Numbered from the stretch's first letter, positions 1 to 13,984 are shown. The stretch is 64,000 bases of DNA from Carcharhinus amblyrhynchos (GCA_965287045.1 OZ336875.1:85560001-85624000), one strand, 5' to 3'. Notes: generated by a model from the sequence alone, not told the origin. Translations and numbers: made by a program.

Positions 1-1490
1 CTTTAGTGAAGAGAATATGCCACCTGAACCTGGTCTATTCAATATATGTCTCCGGACCCACACAATATGGTTGACTCTTAACTGCCCTCTGAAATGACCC
101 AGCAAGTCACTGAGTTGTACCAAACAATAGAAAAATCAACAAGGAATGAAACCAAACAGACGACCAGGCATCAACCTTGGCATTGGAAATGACAGTGGCA
201 CACCCAGCCCTGTCAACTCTACAAAGTATTCCTTACTAACTAACATCTGGGGGCTTGTGCCAAAATTGGGAAATTTTGCCCCATTTACAAGTTAAGCAAC
301 AACCTGATATAGTCATGTAGAATCATACCTCACCGCCCAGAGATCATCATTATCCTTGGGTGTATCTTGTCTCATCCGCAGGATAGAAGGTAGAGATGGT
401 GGCTGTATACAGTCAGGAGGGAGTTCCCTTAGGAGTCTCAACATTGACTCAGGAGCCCATGAAGTCTCATGTCATCAGATAAAACATGGGAATAGGAATT
501 TTGTGTGTATTACCAACTACCATGCCCTATCAGCTGATTAATCAAGACTCCTCTATATTGAGTAACAACTGAAAGAAGCACTAAGGAATGGCAAGGGCAC
601 AAAATGGACTCTGGATGGGGGACTTCAGTGTCCATCACCGAATGGCTTAGTAGTGCTGAATTAACTAGGCCAAGTCCTGAACGACACAGCTGCTTGACTG
701 GGCCTGTGAAAGGTAATGAGGGGAACCAAGAGTGAAAAACTTACTTGACCTTATCTTCACCAATCTACCCATTACAGATGCAGCTGTCCATGACAGTAAT
801 GCTAAGTGTGACCACTGCACAGTCTTTGTGGAGACAAAGTCCAATCTTCACATTGAGCATATTCTCCACTGTGTTATGTGGCACTACCACCCTGCTGAAG
901 GGGCTCCATTTAGAACTGATCTAGCAATTCAAAACTGAATATGTGAGGTGCTGTGGGCTCTGCAGCAGAAAGGTAAACTGGATTCAATCACAAACGATAA
1001 CCTCTTGGCTCAGCATATCCCTCTATCATCATCATCATGCTGGGATATTAACTTTGGTTCAATGAATAGTGCAGGGGAGCATACTAGAACCAGCAGCAGG
1101 AAAGCCGAAAAATGAGGTAACAACAACACATGACTAACTTATATGCCAAATAGTGAAAAGGAGCATGTGATATACACGATTAAGCGTTCTAACAACCAAC
1201 AAATTAGATCATAGCTCTACAGTCTTGCCACATCTTACTGCAAATTGTGATGGACAATTAAAAAACTAACGGGAGAAGGAAACTCAACAAATATCACCAT
1301 CGTCAATGATGTGGGAGCACAGTGTCAGTGCACATGACGAGTCTGAAGCATCTGCAACCGTCTTCAGCCAGAAGTGCCGAGCGGATGATCCATCTCGGTC
1401 TTCACCAGCATTACAAATGCCAGTCTTCAGCCAAGTTGATTCACTCCACATGGTATCTATAAATAGCTGAAGGCTTGGATAATGCAATGG
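1..1490 (+). mobile_element. Decayed LINE of a CR1/L2-group (Crack-like) shark family, APE endonuclease region
   Basis: Broken motifs GDF.VHH (617-640), LLDLIFTNLP, (S)DHCTV, WHYH and EASATVFSQKCR, with many stops and frameshifts. Confidence 0.75.
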
Positions 1491-1712
1491 CAATAGACCT
1501 AAATACATTTGGAAATGTTTCATGATTTAAAATTGACTGATCGCTACTTGAGAAACAATACCAACTAGGGTTGCATAAAGGGGAATGTAATGAATGACAA
1601 CACAAGATATGGAATTGGATTCATTCATCATTGGATTACATTTAATTATGGCCTTGTCTATTCCAAATCTGTTTCCTTTCAGCAAGGACTTTCTTCAAAA
1701 GTTATTCCTTAC

Positions 1713-2054
1713 CTTGTCTGTGCTGAGTAGAAGAGGTTGGACACTGATAGTGTCACTGGTCAAGGAAACTGTACTGCTGCTCATACTGCCATTGTTTGGA
1801 GAAGCAGAAATAATTGCAAAAGCCACACCAGCACTGCTGATTGGTGTGGAAACCAACGGTGATTCTGCAAAATTTTGTATTTGGCCAGTTGGTGTCTGTA
1901 CATGGTTGACAGTGTTGTTGGCAGTAGGGAGAGCAGGGCTTGGGTTCTTGATGCTGACTACAGTGGTTTTCTGAAGAGACTGAGGCTGACTGGAAGTCTG
2001 GTCACGGCACAGAGTGACTGAGAGGCTGTCCGGAATCAGGGTCTTTGGCCTAAC
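1713..2054 (-). CDS. PHF21B: Internal coding exon of PHD finger protein 21B (114 codons, phase 0-0)
   Basis: Minus-strand ctgcAG|GTTAGG...GACAAG|GTaagg, 342 nt. Translates [11 protein letters not shown]...[25 protein letters not shown]...[14 protein letters not shown]...[15 protein letters not shown], matching human PHF21B as I recall it ([11 protein letters not shown]...[24 protein letters not shown]...SSAGVAYAIISTSP...VQPLLISADNK). Confidence 0.93.
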
Positions 2055-2439
2055 CTGCAGAAAGAGGCAAATCGTAAGATTCTGAAATAGATTTAAAAAT
2101 ATGATTTCCATAAATAATTGATTTAAAAATTCACCACACTTAACCATTGTCCACAAATAGCCTAACAGCATGAATTCCTTTTGCAATTTTTGGACACAAC
2201 ACAGCCACTAAACGTTAATTAAGGTACGTGGTTCATAAAACTAAATAGGTCAAGTCTCCAGGTTGTCGTAAACCAGACTTCAGATGCACATTGATGCCCT
2301 GTGAAAGCCCTGACTCGTGAATCTACAGAAGAATACAAAGGAAGCATAAACTTCTGAATGACAATCCCCCACTCCCCATGACCCTGTGAATATCTCAGAC
2401 TTTGAACTAAAGTCGGAGACTCTGGACAGTACTTAACCA

Positions 2440-3500
2440 ATTTGTTTTCATTCTTTTGTGGGATGTGGGCATTGCTGGCTAGGCGAGCATTTATTGCCCA
2501 TCCCCAATTGCCCTGGAGAAGGTGGTGGTCAGCCTCCTTCTTGAACTGCTGCACTCCATGCACTGTAGGTACATGCACCATGCTGTTTCTCCCCCCAAAA
2601 GTAATATACATATTTATTCTACAATAAGGTGGTTTCTCCAAGTATCAGATGAACTTCCCCAGAAATGTTAACAAAGAAAACACATTTCAGGAAAGTACAT
2701 TCAAGTTATTCTTCAGCAATTGGAGGATGGCAAGCCCCATATCAGTCCACTTGGAGGGATCAGGATAAGAAAAATGACCAAAGGCTGCATCAGGATCATG
2801 ACATAGGTGCCAAAAAATCCTGAACTACATAAAACCACCGAGAGACATGACCTCCAGTACTTGATTCTTGATCAGTTGTGGATACTGTTGATATTGAGCT
2901 TTAACGTGGTCCCCTCCACCAGACCTGACCAGAGCTTTCCTTGAGCTGCAACCCTGCAATAGTCGGGATCTGCTCTGCAGTACCCCCACCGAGGACATCT
3001 TATCCACAACCTGTAAGCTGTCAAGGAAGATGTTCCAGGATTTTGACCCAGTGACTCTGAAGGAATGGAATATAGTTCCAAATTAGGATAGCGAGGCTTG
3101 GAGGAGAACTTTCAGGTAATGTTCCCACTTATTTTCTGCCCCTGTCCTTCCTGGTGGTAAAGGTTGCAGGTTTGCTGATGGAGCCTTGCTGAGTTTCTGC
3201 AGTGCATCTTGTAAATGGTACATACTGCTGACACTGCACATCAATAGTGAACGTTAAAGATGATGGATGGGGTGCCAACCCAGCAGACTTTTTTGCCCTA
3301 AATGTTGTCAAGCCTCTTCAGCGCTGTTGGAGCTGCACTTATCCAGGCAAATGTGGAATACTCCAAATCTAGACTAGTGTCTTTTAGATGATGAAACAGC
3401 CTTTGGGGAATTAGGAGATGAGTTATTGCCAAATTTCCAATGTCTGGCTTGTTTCTCTTGTGGCCACAGTATTTATATGGCTGGTTCAGTTTCAATTACC
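2440..3500 (-). mobile_element. 3' end fragment of the same CR1/L2-group LINE family, interrupted at about 2590-2880
   Basis: Family 3' terminus (reverse complement of tgggcaataaatgct...gccagcaatgcccacatccc) at 2455-2520. The same terminus recurs at 13470, 17100, 39010, 50915 and 53160. Confidence 0.7.
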
Positions 3501-3639
3501 CAGAAGACAGATTAAAGCCTATCCCCAGTCACTCTTGCACATCGCTCAAATACAACCTCGACTATCCAACTGACTATCAAGTCCCTTGGCCCAACTACCC
3601 ACTCACCTAGCCCATTCGACCACCTATTCATTCACTCAT

Positions 3640-6025
3640 TCAGTGACATTCAAAGACTGAACCTTTAAGCCTTCCAAATGGCAAATGTGACCCTCTCAAC
3701 AATATTTGGAACACATGCAGCTATCACAGTGCCGACTGCGATACAGTCACTTCCAGGTGCAGAATAGGGTTAGGATGCAAGATTTTTCATTCAAAGCAGA
3801 AAAGTGGTCTTTGTACCAATATCAGCCATATTGTCTCCCCAGATAACAATCAACAGTTCCTTGGCTCAAGTGAACAGGCACTCTCCTGCACAGACTGCAG
3901 AAGCAAAGTGGAACATGCTTCAAGACACCCTTTACAATACCACACTTAACATATGGGAAGGTGAAGTGGGAAAAAAAATCTGACTTGGCTCAAACCTAAC
4001 ATAACTAATGAAACCTGAAGCAAAGCAATGTGCTCTCATTAAAGAGAGATCTGAGCAAAAAGACTCAATGCACTAGGCGTTGTTCGAAGTAAAGTTCAAC
4101 AGATGCTAGATGCTGCACTGATTACAACTATGCCAGAATATCCAGATGTCCATTGATACATGGAACACTGGGGGAATAAATGAAGAAATCAAAAAGGCAA
4201 CAGGTCCATCAACAAAGAAAACAGCTCCACTGAAAAGAAAGGCTGGTGAGTCATCACCAACAGCAATGAACATTTTAAAAGATTGGTGGTACTGTAGGGA
4301 AGCCACAGTTACAAAGGAAGCTCTAGATACCATAGAGACCCTGCCTACTTCAGAAGAACTTGATATCAAACCAACACTGGAAGAGTTAAGCAAAGCTATT
4401 GGCTTGCTAGTCACTTTCAAAGCTCCAGTTGATGATATTTACCATCCAAACTCAACAAGCATGGGAAACCGACATTCCTGTATAAACACTCTCTGCGGAG
4501 GGAGGGGGTGGTGTTCCAGGATGCAATCAATGTGACCCTGTACAAGAAAAAGGATGGCTGCAGCAATTACAACTATCATAGAATTTCCCTGCTCAGCATT
4601 GTGGGAAAGGTATTTGCCTACATTGCCCTTGTCGGGTGGTAGATCTTGGCTGAACACACCTTTCGAATCCTAACGTAGTTGCCAAACTGGAAAGCCCATA
4701 ATTGATACATCTTCTTAGGCCAGCAGCTGCAAATGAAATGCCATGAACAAAGACGACCAGTATATATTGCCTTCATTCACCTCATCAAGATATTGAACTA
4801 TGTGAGCAAAGGTGGTATGTTTAAGCTATTGAAGAAACACCTGCCAAAGTACCAAAGCTGTTCAATGTGATTTCCTCTTTCCATGACATGATAGGTAAAA
4901 TCAGCTATGACAGGGCAACATCAGAATCCTTTGTGATCTATAGTAGGGTCAAACAAAGTTGAGTCCTGAGCTGACACTCTGGTATTTTCTTCTCTTTACT
5001 GCTGCCCTATGCCTTCAGTTCATCGAGAGTGGGTGCCTACTTACATTCCAAAACTGACCAAAAACTCTTCAGCCTTGCTCAGCTGAAATTCAAGACAAAA
5101 ACACATCACGTTCTCAGAGAGTTGCTCTATGCCACTGACGCTGGGCTAATATTGCATACAGAGGAACATGTGCACTGACAAAAGAGATACTCTCTCACAT
5201 CTGCAAAAAGAGTTTGGTTTGATCATCAGCATCTACCAGACTAACATCATAGTCCAGGATGTAGTCATACCACCATTAATCAGCAGTGAAAATGCTGAAG
5301 GTCATTGATAAACTTCCACACACTGAGGTTCCATCACTCATGTATTGCAAAAACTGCAGCTATTAAGTCCAAACTGAATAAGAGGTGCAGAACAGCAACC
5401 TGACAGAGAACATCAAACAGCGAGTGTACTAAGCCTGTGTCCTCAGCACACACCTTTATAGCCGTGAGATTTTGATAACATATGCTTGGCAGGAGAAAAG
5501 GCGAGACAGATTCCATCTTTGCTGTCTCAGATGTATCATCAGTAAGGCTTGGCTGGACAAAGTCACCAAATGAGTCCTGGAACATGCCATTGATTACAAA
5601 CAACATCTGTACTGGCTTGGTCATGTTCATCAGATGGATGATGGCTGTATACGCAAAGATCTTCTGTACAGTGAACTGGCCACTGGTCAGGACCTGATAG
5701 ATGTCCACAGCTCTGCTACAAGAAATCCTACAAGCAAGATATGAAGATGGAAGACAGTGACCAATGATAATGACTTTCAGAGATTGACGGTTTGTAAAAA
5801 CATTGGAAGAGGCAAGGAGAAATGGAAAGTTAGTTTATTGAGATGGTCCAAAGAAAGCAGGAGAGGTCAGAGATTTGGGCACCTTCCCAGTCCACTGTCT
5901 TCATCTTCAAATACAGCAAAGACTGCTATACCAGACTAGACTCCCTAGTTACACCGAGGCTATGTTTATAATACAGTTGACCAAAGTGCAGCCCTTCCTC
6001 TCATGAGATGGAAGGCAGCCAAAGA
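3640..6025 (+). mobile_element. Decayed RTE-clade (BovB-like) LINE
   Basis: Remnant motifs HSADCD, IKKATGP, PTLEELSKAI, YHRISLLSIVGK, GVKQ and LLYATDA, plus a C-terminal zinc-knuckle-like remnant near 5915-5960. Many frameshifts. Confidence 0.75.
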
Positions 6026-6729
6026 ACACATGAACCATGCATACCATCCCAAGAATGAAAACCATCCTGCAATTTCTTCATCCATCACAGGAAGTTACCA
6101 AAATAGTGCAATTGAAAGATAGATACTCATGTTCTAACTTAATAAATCAAATCTAAGAATCAATCAGAAGTCAACACATTCAACAGTCAAATCATGACAA
6201 CAGTAATTAATGACGATGCAAGAATTACCTGAGATGGCAACTCAATTGGAAGCCCTGGGGACCACACAATTATTCCCTTCAACTTAGCCTCTCATATTTT
6301 TACTGTACAACATTACACTATGGGATACTTGCTTGATTAGATTTTTCTTAATTTGTTGCATCAGAATAATTGATTGTAGTAATTGGTATGTATAAGAAAT
6401 GTTGGCACTTAAAGTTCAAAGATAATCTGCAGTACCAGATCAGCACTGGTACAGCAGTGCAAGTTCTCAGACTTCAGAGGAGAGTAGTAATGTGATGGTA
6501 GTTGCAGCAATAGGACAAAACCACAAGGCAAGTTTTGAACTGGAGGCAGGAAACCTGTCTTGAAAGCCCTGGGAAAGGCAGCAGATTGCCTGGTTTGTGA
6601 TTTAAATCGCATCAGGGCTCCCAGAGATAGCGACAGTGGGGTTGCCACTAGCTCTCTAGTTAGTGGTCAGGCCCACTGTTGTAGCCATTAAAACCAGCTC
6701 AATATATGGGGAGCGTATGAATTGGTAGA

Positions 6730-7100
6730 GAGAGGTGAACATGATTTCAATCTTCCCAATTTTTAAACTTAAGAAAATTTTGTTGAAGTGGAAGTGAGTG
6801 TTGTTATCTCATGTGTAGAAATTGATCATATATATGGGGTTGATGTCACCAAGGCACAATAGTAAGATGAGGAAGGGAAAGGAACCACCGACAAATATTT
6901 TGGGAACTGAGGTAGCAGTGTACAGGTGGGAAGCAAAGCAATCGCTGGAGAAGCTCTGGCTACAAAGAATGAAATCGTGAGAGAGGAGCTATATAACACA
7001 ACAAGGATGTTGAACAAAAATGGTGTGATTGACCATGTGAACAACTTCAGAGAAGTTGGGACAGTGCGAAAAAGAGGGATCAAGCACTACCATTAGAATT
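6730..7100 (-). mobile_element. Old L2-like LINE fragment (RT region)
   Basis: Degenerate V-P-Q-x-S-x-x-G-P-like region and similarity to L2-type pieces at 52330-52630 and 54415-54710. Confidence 0.4.
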
Positions 7101-8634
7101 AGAGAATGTCATTTATAATTTTGACAAGGCCAAGACGCAATTTGGCAGCGAAGGCTTTGCTGCGACTTTGACGACTTAAGTGAGACTAATACAGCTAGTA
7201 CAAAATATAGCCATGTGTGAGAGACTTCAGTAACGTACAAGGTATCGTCACGTGAACAAACCACAGAAAATACCTTGAGAGCAATTGAAACAAAATCTGT
7301 AGAACAAGACTTACAGCAGTTCAATAAAGCTCAGCATCGTCTACTCAAGGTAATTAAGGATACATAAGTGCAACCAGCAGAAAACTCCTTCTACTTGAAT
7401 CTTTTATCAGGTAACAGGTTAAATCCTTAAAGCAAACAATCAACATGCAGGAAAATGGATCACCCTGTTCTTCAATCTGATGATTTACTAGAGGGGTAAC
7501 TAGATTGATCTACAAACACTCAAATTCTTTGTTCTTGTTATATGCCCCAACAAAGAATTGAGCTGAGAATCATGATTATAAACCAGGTTCTCCCAGTTTG
7601 TTAATATGGAGCATCGTAGCTTTTCTTTCAAATGCATACAGATTTCTCTACACTAAACCTGGAAATGCTTCCAAGCGTAGTGCTGCCCTCAAATCCAAAG
7701 ATATATCATATGGACTACTGCACAGTCCATTCAATCTCAGTCCAGGTTTGCAAGTGGTGTCCCCATCCTTATGGGGGTTCATCTTTTACCATCATCAGTC
7801 ACTGTTAAATCCAATGCTCCAAAAGCCTACCTTGGATATGATTTAGAGTGGCAGAAAATCATCCTTGCATATTCTCCTTTTGCTTTTAAAACTTTGATTC
7901 TTGGCATTACTTCTAAATTTCTTCTCTGTTGAAAGCCTTAACTTCATGTCTGCTCCTTTCTTAAAGTAAATTTTTCCAACTAACCTTCTCAATCCATAGA
8001 ATTATTGTTCCTGGTGTGAATTTCTTTGCTCTACATCTATGCATCTTGTCCTTAGCTATTTTTCAGTTTTTTTGGTTTCATCTGCGAAGTTTTCAATACA
8101 AATAATCTGAGCACTAACTATTCCATATCTCTAAAAATTTGTTCCTTTCCACTCCGAATGTTGGCTTTTGACATTTTTCCCTTTACATTATATTCATAGA
8201 ATCTTAAAGCACCAAAAAGACAAACGGCCTGTCATGCCTACGATGGCTCAATGAGCTGTCTAATTTCATCTGACACCCAAGCTTTGTCCCCACAATCCTG
8301 CAAATTAGTCCTCAAGTATTCTGACTGTAAAACTAATTATGGTACAATCACTGGCCCCTGTGTTTTCTATGCTGTAGGTCACTTAATTATCTGCATTAAT
8401 TATCTTACAAGAAGATTTCAAACCGCATCTTTGTCCATTGTAGGTGCAAGTGATTGACAAAACGGTTTTGGATATAATCCACCAACTCTCTCACTTCACA
8501 CCGTCCTCCCCCTCCGACAAATATGGCATTTGAAGTGTGACAGAAGTGAAGTGTTCATACACAAATTAGCATACATCAAGCCAGCCAATTGCCACTAGTC
8601 ACAGGTCACTGAGTAACACAATATTAAATATTAC

Positions 8635-9389
8635 AAATAGCATTTTGCCAGGTAGAATTTACAGTGACTAAACAATTAAAATACTCTTTTTATTAGACAG
8701 CATCCTAGAAACATTACCTGCACAGTTAGAATTGAATTACATGTATGAAATATGTTCTTAATGATTGGAGAAGATGCTCTAAGTTACAAGTAGTAAACAC
8801 ATCATAGTGCTGGGAGGTTTGGGGAGGAATTCTGCAATTGGGAAGATTGTGGGTAGCCATGGGGGTACGCAGCATGGGGAGGGGATGAGGTCTATATTTG
8901 GCAAAAGTCAAATTTGATGGTGGACTGTCGCAGGAATTCAGAAGTAATGTTCAAATTTTGTATGACTGTGGAGGAAAAGGTCTGGGGTGTTCAAGGAGGG
9001 AGAAAAATCAAAGAATTTGGCCTCGTTTGTCAGAGCCTTAATCCTGCTTATATGGCAACATCAATAAGAAATTAATAAATGCCTTCAGTAACACTAATGG
9101 ATGCTGCTTCACAATAATACAAGTTATAACTTTGCTATATTGAACGAAAAAAGTGATTAGCAACTGGGTGGACAAGGCAGTCCACAACAAGCATGTTTGT
9201 CATCAATGGAGAAAAAAAAGATATAATATTGGGCATCTTCCCTAATCATTAACAACACATGTCATGTGTGCAAGTACACATGTAATTCAACTCTAATCGT
9301 GCAGGTAATGCTTCTAGGATGCTGTCTAATAAAAACAGAGTATTTTACTTGTTCAGTTACTGTAAGTTCTACCTGGCAAAACGCTGTTT
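8635..9389. repeat. Inverted repeat: ~110-bp arms (8635-8744 and 9278-9389) with a ~530-bp spacer
   Basis: Reverse complement of the left arm (acatgtaattcaattctaactgtgcaggtaatgtttctaggatgctgtctaataaaaa...) aligns to the right arm (acatgtaattcaactctaatcgtgcaggtaatgcttctaggatgctgtctaataaaaa...). By hand: about 10 substitutions and one 2-nt indel. Confidence 0.9.
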
Positions 9390-10439
9390 CAGGTTGGCTA
9401 TGAAAGTCTTTAAAATTGGAGAAGTGAAGCATGAATCACGCAGGCAGAAAACCCAAACTCTGCAATTTAAAACCAATGCTGAACTGAAACATACTCCATA
9501 TTCCAGTGTGGGAGTCACAAATTTATGGAGGAGATATAAATGCTTAAAAGGATGTATAAAGGTCAGAAGTTATTTAAACCCCAGCTTTTTAAAAATGAAA
9601 AGAAAATCAGGCTGCAGCTATAGGAACAGTAAGAAGCAGGCGTCTGCCACTGGAGTGCATTGATTGAGAGGCCATCTCATGGAGCCCTGAAAAAAAAAGT
9701 TCTGATCTTGCAAATTCAATGGGCACTATTGCTGACGTTTCTTAAGGGTTTTTATTATAGCTATTATGAATGCTTGGCTAAGTTTCAAAAGATTCAAAAT
9801 CATTTACCTTAGCCAGTAGGACCGTTTTAAAAAGGCTTTTAAAGGATTAGGTGTCTTTGACGTGGTTAGAAAACAGACATTTGTTTGCCTTTACAACAGA
9901 TTGACTACTGGAGGGAATTTAAAATTTTTGAAATGCTTTAATGCATTATGCTTTTCTTTCTACATCTAACTTATAATTTAAGTGTCAGATGTTTCAGGCG
10001 ATCAGAAGTTGAAATGTTTTCATCTCCTAATGGATCCCAAGGTCTACTCACAGTTAGCATTTGTTGAATTGTTATGGAGATGTCATGGAGGTTATGAGGG
10101 GGAATGGAGTGGCATTGAACATATGAGGGCATGGAGGTAGTTGGGGTAGTATGAGAGGCATGGAGGTTGCGTGGTAATAGGTGGAGATTGAGAGTTACAG
10201 CTTTGCATACAACAAGGCCAAAGTCTTAGGAAACTGAGATAGGCCTTCTAACCAGCTGGGCCTGGGACTCGCCAGATTTCACGGTCACCTCAAAGCTTCC
10301 CTGGAGGCAGGAGGCCTAACTTGATCACACCCCCACCACATTGCAAAAATAGTGCATCAGGGTCATTTTCATGGGAAGTCTGCCAAACTGGGAGATTTCC
10401 CATCTCAAACTTTCTGCGCCAATGGCAAAAACCCATGGA

Positions 10440-10570
10440 TTGGTCTTGGTAAATGCACAAGGTTATGGGGATTGGTGAGGGATGGGCCTGGGTAAGATAC
10501 TCTTTCAAGAAGTCGGTGCTGGCTTGATGGGCTGCACAGCCTCCTTCTGCACTGTGGGAATTCTGTCGTT
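10440..10570 (+). mobile_element. HE1-like SINE, 3' half
   Basis: gggcctgggtaagatactct...gatgggctgcacagcctccttctgcactgtgggaattct. The same tail occurs at 16990-17090, 29040-29150 and 39330-39492. Confidence 0.65.
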
Positions 10571-11711
10571 TTAGAGTTAACTTTCTTTTTCTGTCCACAG
10601 TGGAGCATTTCCAGCATTTTCTGTTTTAGTTCAGGTTTCTAGCTTCTACGGTATTTTGCTTTTGTACGTTTGTAACCTGAGCAGTACAAAATATGCCTCA
10701 TCTGCCATCTACCACTACACATGCACACAAGCAGTATAAGACTCGTGATATAATGATTTTTTCATGACAATAATCTGGTGTACACACGATTCAGTCTATA
10801 AAATCTTAAAATCACCCTTGGGTTTATACACTGTTTATTCTAAGGGCAATGACAGTCTACAGAAAAGATGAAAACTTAATTTCATTTTGTTCATTCTTTC
10901 AACACCCCTCCTTCTTCGCAAATATATTAAAGCATCAGTTTGCCACCATTTTTTCTCCCATCTCTTCCCATTCCCTGATAGGTTGGCACCTTGTTGGTGT
11001 CCTGGTTCCACGGCTGTTAAGTCAACCTTTGACACTTGGCTCATATAGCCAGTTTATTCAATCTTCTCTGTAATATGTTCTTGCCAAATTTATGTTACTG
11101 CAGAAGAATACAGGTAAAACTAATAATATAGTCAGAATTCAACACATATTGTATTATTGTTGAGCCTGTGTATGATATGCTTCATTTATGCAAAGACTTC
11201 ACTAAGATATTTCTGCCTATTAAATTACATTTAAACACTAAGCTTAAAAAAACTTGACTACATTTTAAAACTCAGAAGGCATGCTGAGTTAGGTGGAAAA
11301 TTGACTACATTTTTGAAAGTACAAAGCCAGTAAAAACAGACTTCATAAGCCAAATAAAGCTTTTCATGAACAACATCTGCGAGGCCACGAGACAAGGATT
11401 GATGTATTGTGGAACTGTATGTTCAGCTAGTAGTCTGTTTTCGAAACCTGTTCAGTCTGTTTGGAGTTTTGCTTTGGTCAGTACAGGACCGGCAGAAGCC
11501 AGTCTCTCTCTCTCCAGCTTTTCTCTTTCTGTAATGATTTAATTTTAAGTTCTGTTCAATAAAAGAAAAATCATCATATCAGTGCCATTCAAAGGAATGA
11601 ATGGACTCTACAATCATATACTAAGATTACTGAGTGTACTTTGCCCCGTTATGTAGATTTAATACATGTGCAGCCAGATTATTTTTGTCAAGCTAGTTTC
11701 TTCTTACAGCT

Positions 11712-12706
11712 TGGCCCAGCTAATTTCTCCAATACTTGCCTAGCATGCAGGCAATCTAGCTAATGCAGGTGAAATGCAGGAAATAAAGCCTGATTGTAAA
11801 TATCAGAAACAGGAGTTCTCTGCAACTGCTAGCTTCTGCTGCTGGTGTTGGGACCTACACTTTTCCTGATAAAATGCTGGCATTCAAAAATGCTGAAGTC
11901 AAAACTTGAACATTCTATATGTGGCCTGGAGGAGATTTTTCCGTGGAGTGGAAATCATCGTTGAATTACTACTCCGCTACTTTTTACTCACCTTAGACTG
12001 GAGCTGCACATTTCTCACTCAGACTCCTAACCTGGGCCTGCTGAAAAACAATGTGGCTGCCCCTGAAGAACTTCAGTGCAGCGCAGGAATGTCAGTGAAA
12101 TGAGGCTATGCCTTCTTTTTACAATACTAGTTGCCAGAAGTTACTACATTTAAATATCCCAGATGCTTTGGCAGGAGAAAAGGTGAGTGTGTATTATAAG
12201 TGGTAGGATGAGTCAGGAAGTGTTAGGTCAAAGGGTAGCGGGACATCAGAAGGATAGTTTGGTGGTCGGGTAATCAAATGATCAAAAGGTTAGTCCAAAG
12301 GTCCAATAAAGGATCTGGTAGGTCGTTAGCTTGTCAGGAAGTGCAGTCAGGAGGTATGAGTGTGGTGGTCAACAGGAAGGTAATTGGGCAGTTGGCAGGT
12401 CGAGGTTGAGGTAGTTGGGAAGTCAAGAGGGAGCAACCAAGTGGCTCAGTATTTTAGTTACCCAGGAATTAGAACAAGTTTTAGTTCTAGTAACTTTTCC
12501 TGGGTAACTATTTTGCTAAGAGAATTGGAACTCTGAAGTTTCCAATTTTACATCAAAGTTTCTGAATATTTGAGGCACAGGATAATTGTCCAGCAGAAGT
12601 TGAAATTTCCTGGGAAATTTCCATGTAGTCAGTACATGGAGACTTCCAAGGGATTCCCCATCATACCTTCTGGGGTACCTCTGAGGTGTACAGAAAATCT
12701 GGGCCC
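11712..12706. mobile_element. Possible non-autonomous DNA transposon (MITE-like) with short degenerate terminal inverted repeats
   Basis: Left end ggcccagctaatttct, right end agaaaatctgggccc. No coding capacity seen. Confidence 0.35.
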
Positions 12707-13984
12707 TGATGTTTACATTCTACTGTTATTAATCTTAAAGCATGAGGAATCTGTTGCTGGACAATAAACGATCACAAAAAAAATTGGATGTACTGCAGAT
12801 TTTGACACAAGTCAACACCAAACAAAAGAACTCAGTGGACAAGACAATGATCAATGAACTCCATTTTGGGGTCAGTGCAAACTAAAAGTACTTCCTGTTC
12901 ATTACACTTACAGCTGCCCAAATGTTTGGTGCACTTTTCAGTGCCAAATTATGGTTATTAAATCTACAATAATGAGATGCCTTCTATAGGGAATTTGGGA
13001 CCTCTGTGATCACAGTGATTCTTTAACTAATCAGCTTACAGAATCCTTACTGACATGGCACAGTCTAAAGCAGGTGTAAAATAATATATTGAATTCAATG
13101 CAAAATAATGTACAGAAAACAAAAAGGACAGGAAGAAAAATGTGATTTAAAAAAGACAAGAGACAAAGAATACACAAAAAATAAGTTTTACAATATTCCC
13201 AATAACAATTAATATCTAAAGAAATGAGCATCTGCAATTGTAAAAGTGAATTTTCATTGCCACAGAGCTGGTTTGGCAGCAATTAAACATTCAATAAAAA
13301 TTCAGTTAGTTATGCTTGAATGGATAAGCCCCAACCTTTTCTTGCATGTTTAGTAGTTAATTTGTTGGTAACTAGCAATTTCTGGCAGCTAATGGCGCAA
13401 AAAGGAGGCACAGCCTTATTTCACTGACATTCCTGCACTGTACTGAAGGCCTTCTCAGGAGCAATAAGAGATGGGCAATAAATGCTCGCCTAGCCAGCAT
13501 CACTCATCTCGTAAATGAATAAAACAAAGTGATGACAATATATTTACACATGAATCTAACACTTTGTGCTTTTGTTGGGATATCGCAACTATGAAATTGG
13601 GTCTGGATCTGTTAGTTTTACTAACTGTTATGAAGATTAATAAACAATTCTCTAAGTTTCATATTGAACTTTTTGAACATCAAGTCCATATTTTCTCTTC
13701 ATTCATTACTCTCTAATTTAATGATAACTAATATTTGGTACTAACTACACAATTCTAATGTATTATCCATTAATTTAGAAAGCAGTATAAAAATAAGTAC
13801 ACACAGTACTTATTTTTTAATCACAGTAGTGATATCCCTCACTATGAACTATTGGGATTTCTAAACTCTAACAATTCATTATAGGAAAAAATGGATTGAA
13901 CAATGCAATGGCAATGAATTTAGGTCAAGTACCTGATATCTGAAGTTCTAGCTCAAGGTATTACCATTCAGCCTTTAACATTAC

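Noticed and set aside
1594-1974. 126-aa plus-strand ORF
   Set aside because: Antisense shadow of the PHF21B exon. The 1695-2186 ORF likewise includes intronic read-through on both sides of the true exon.
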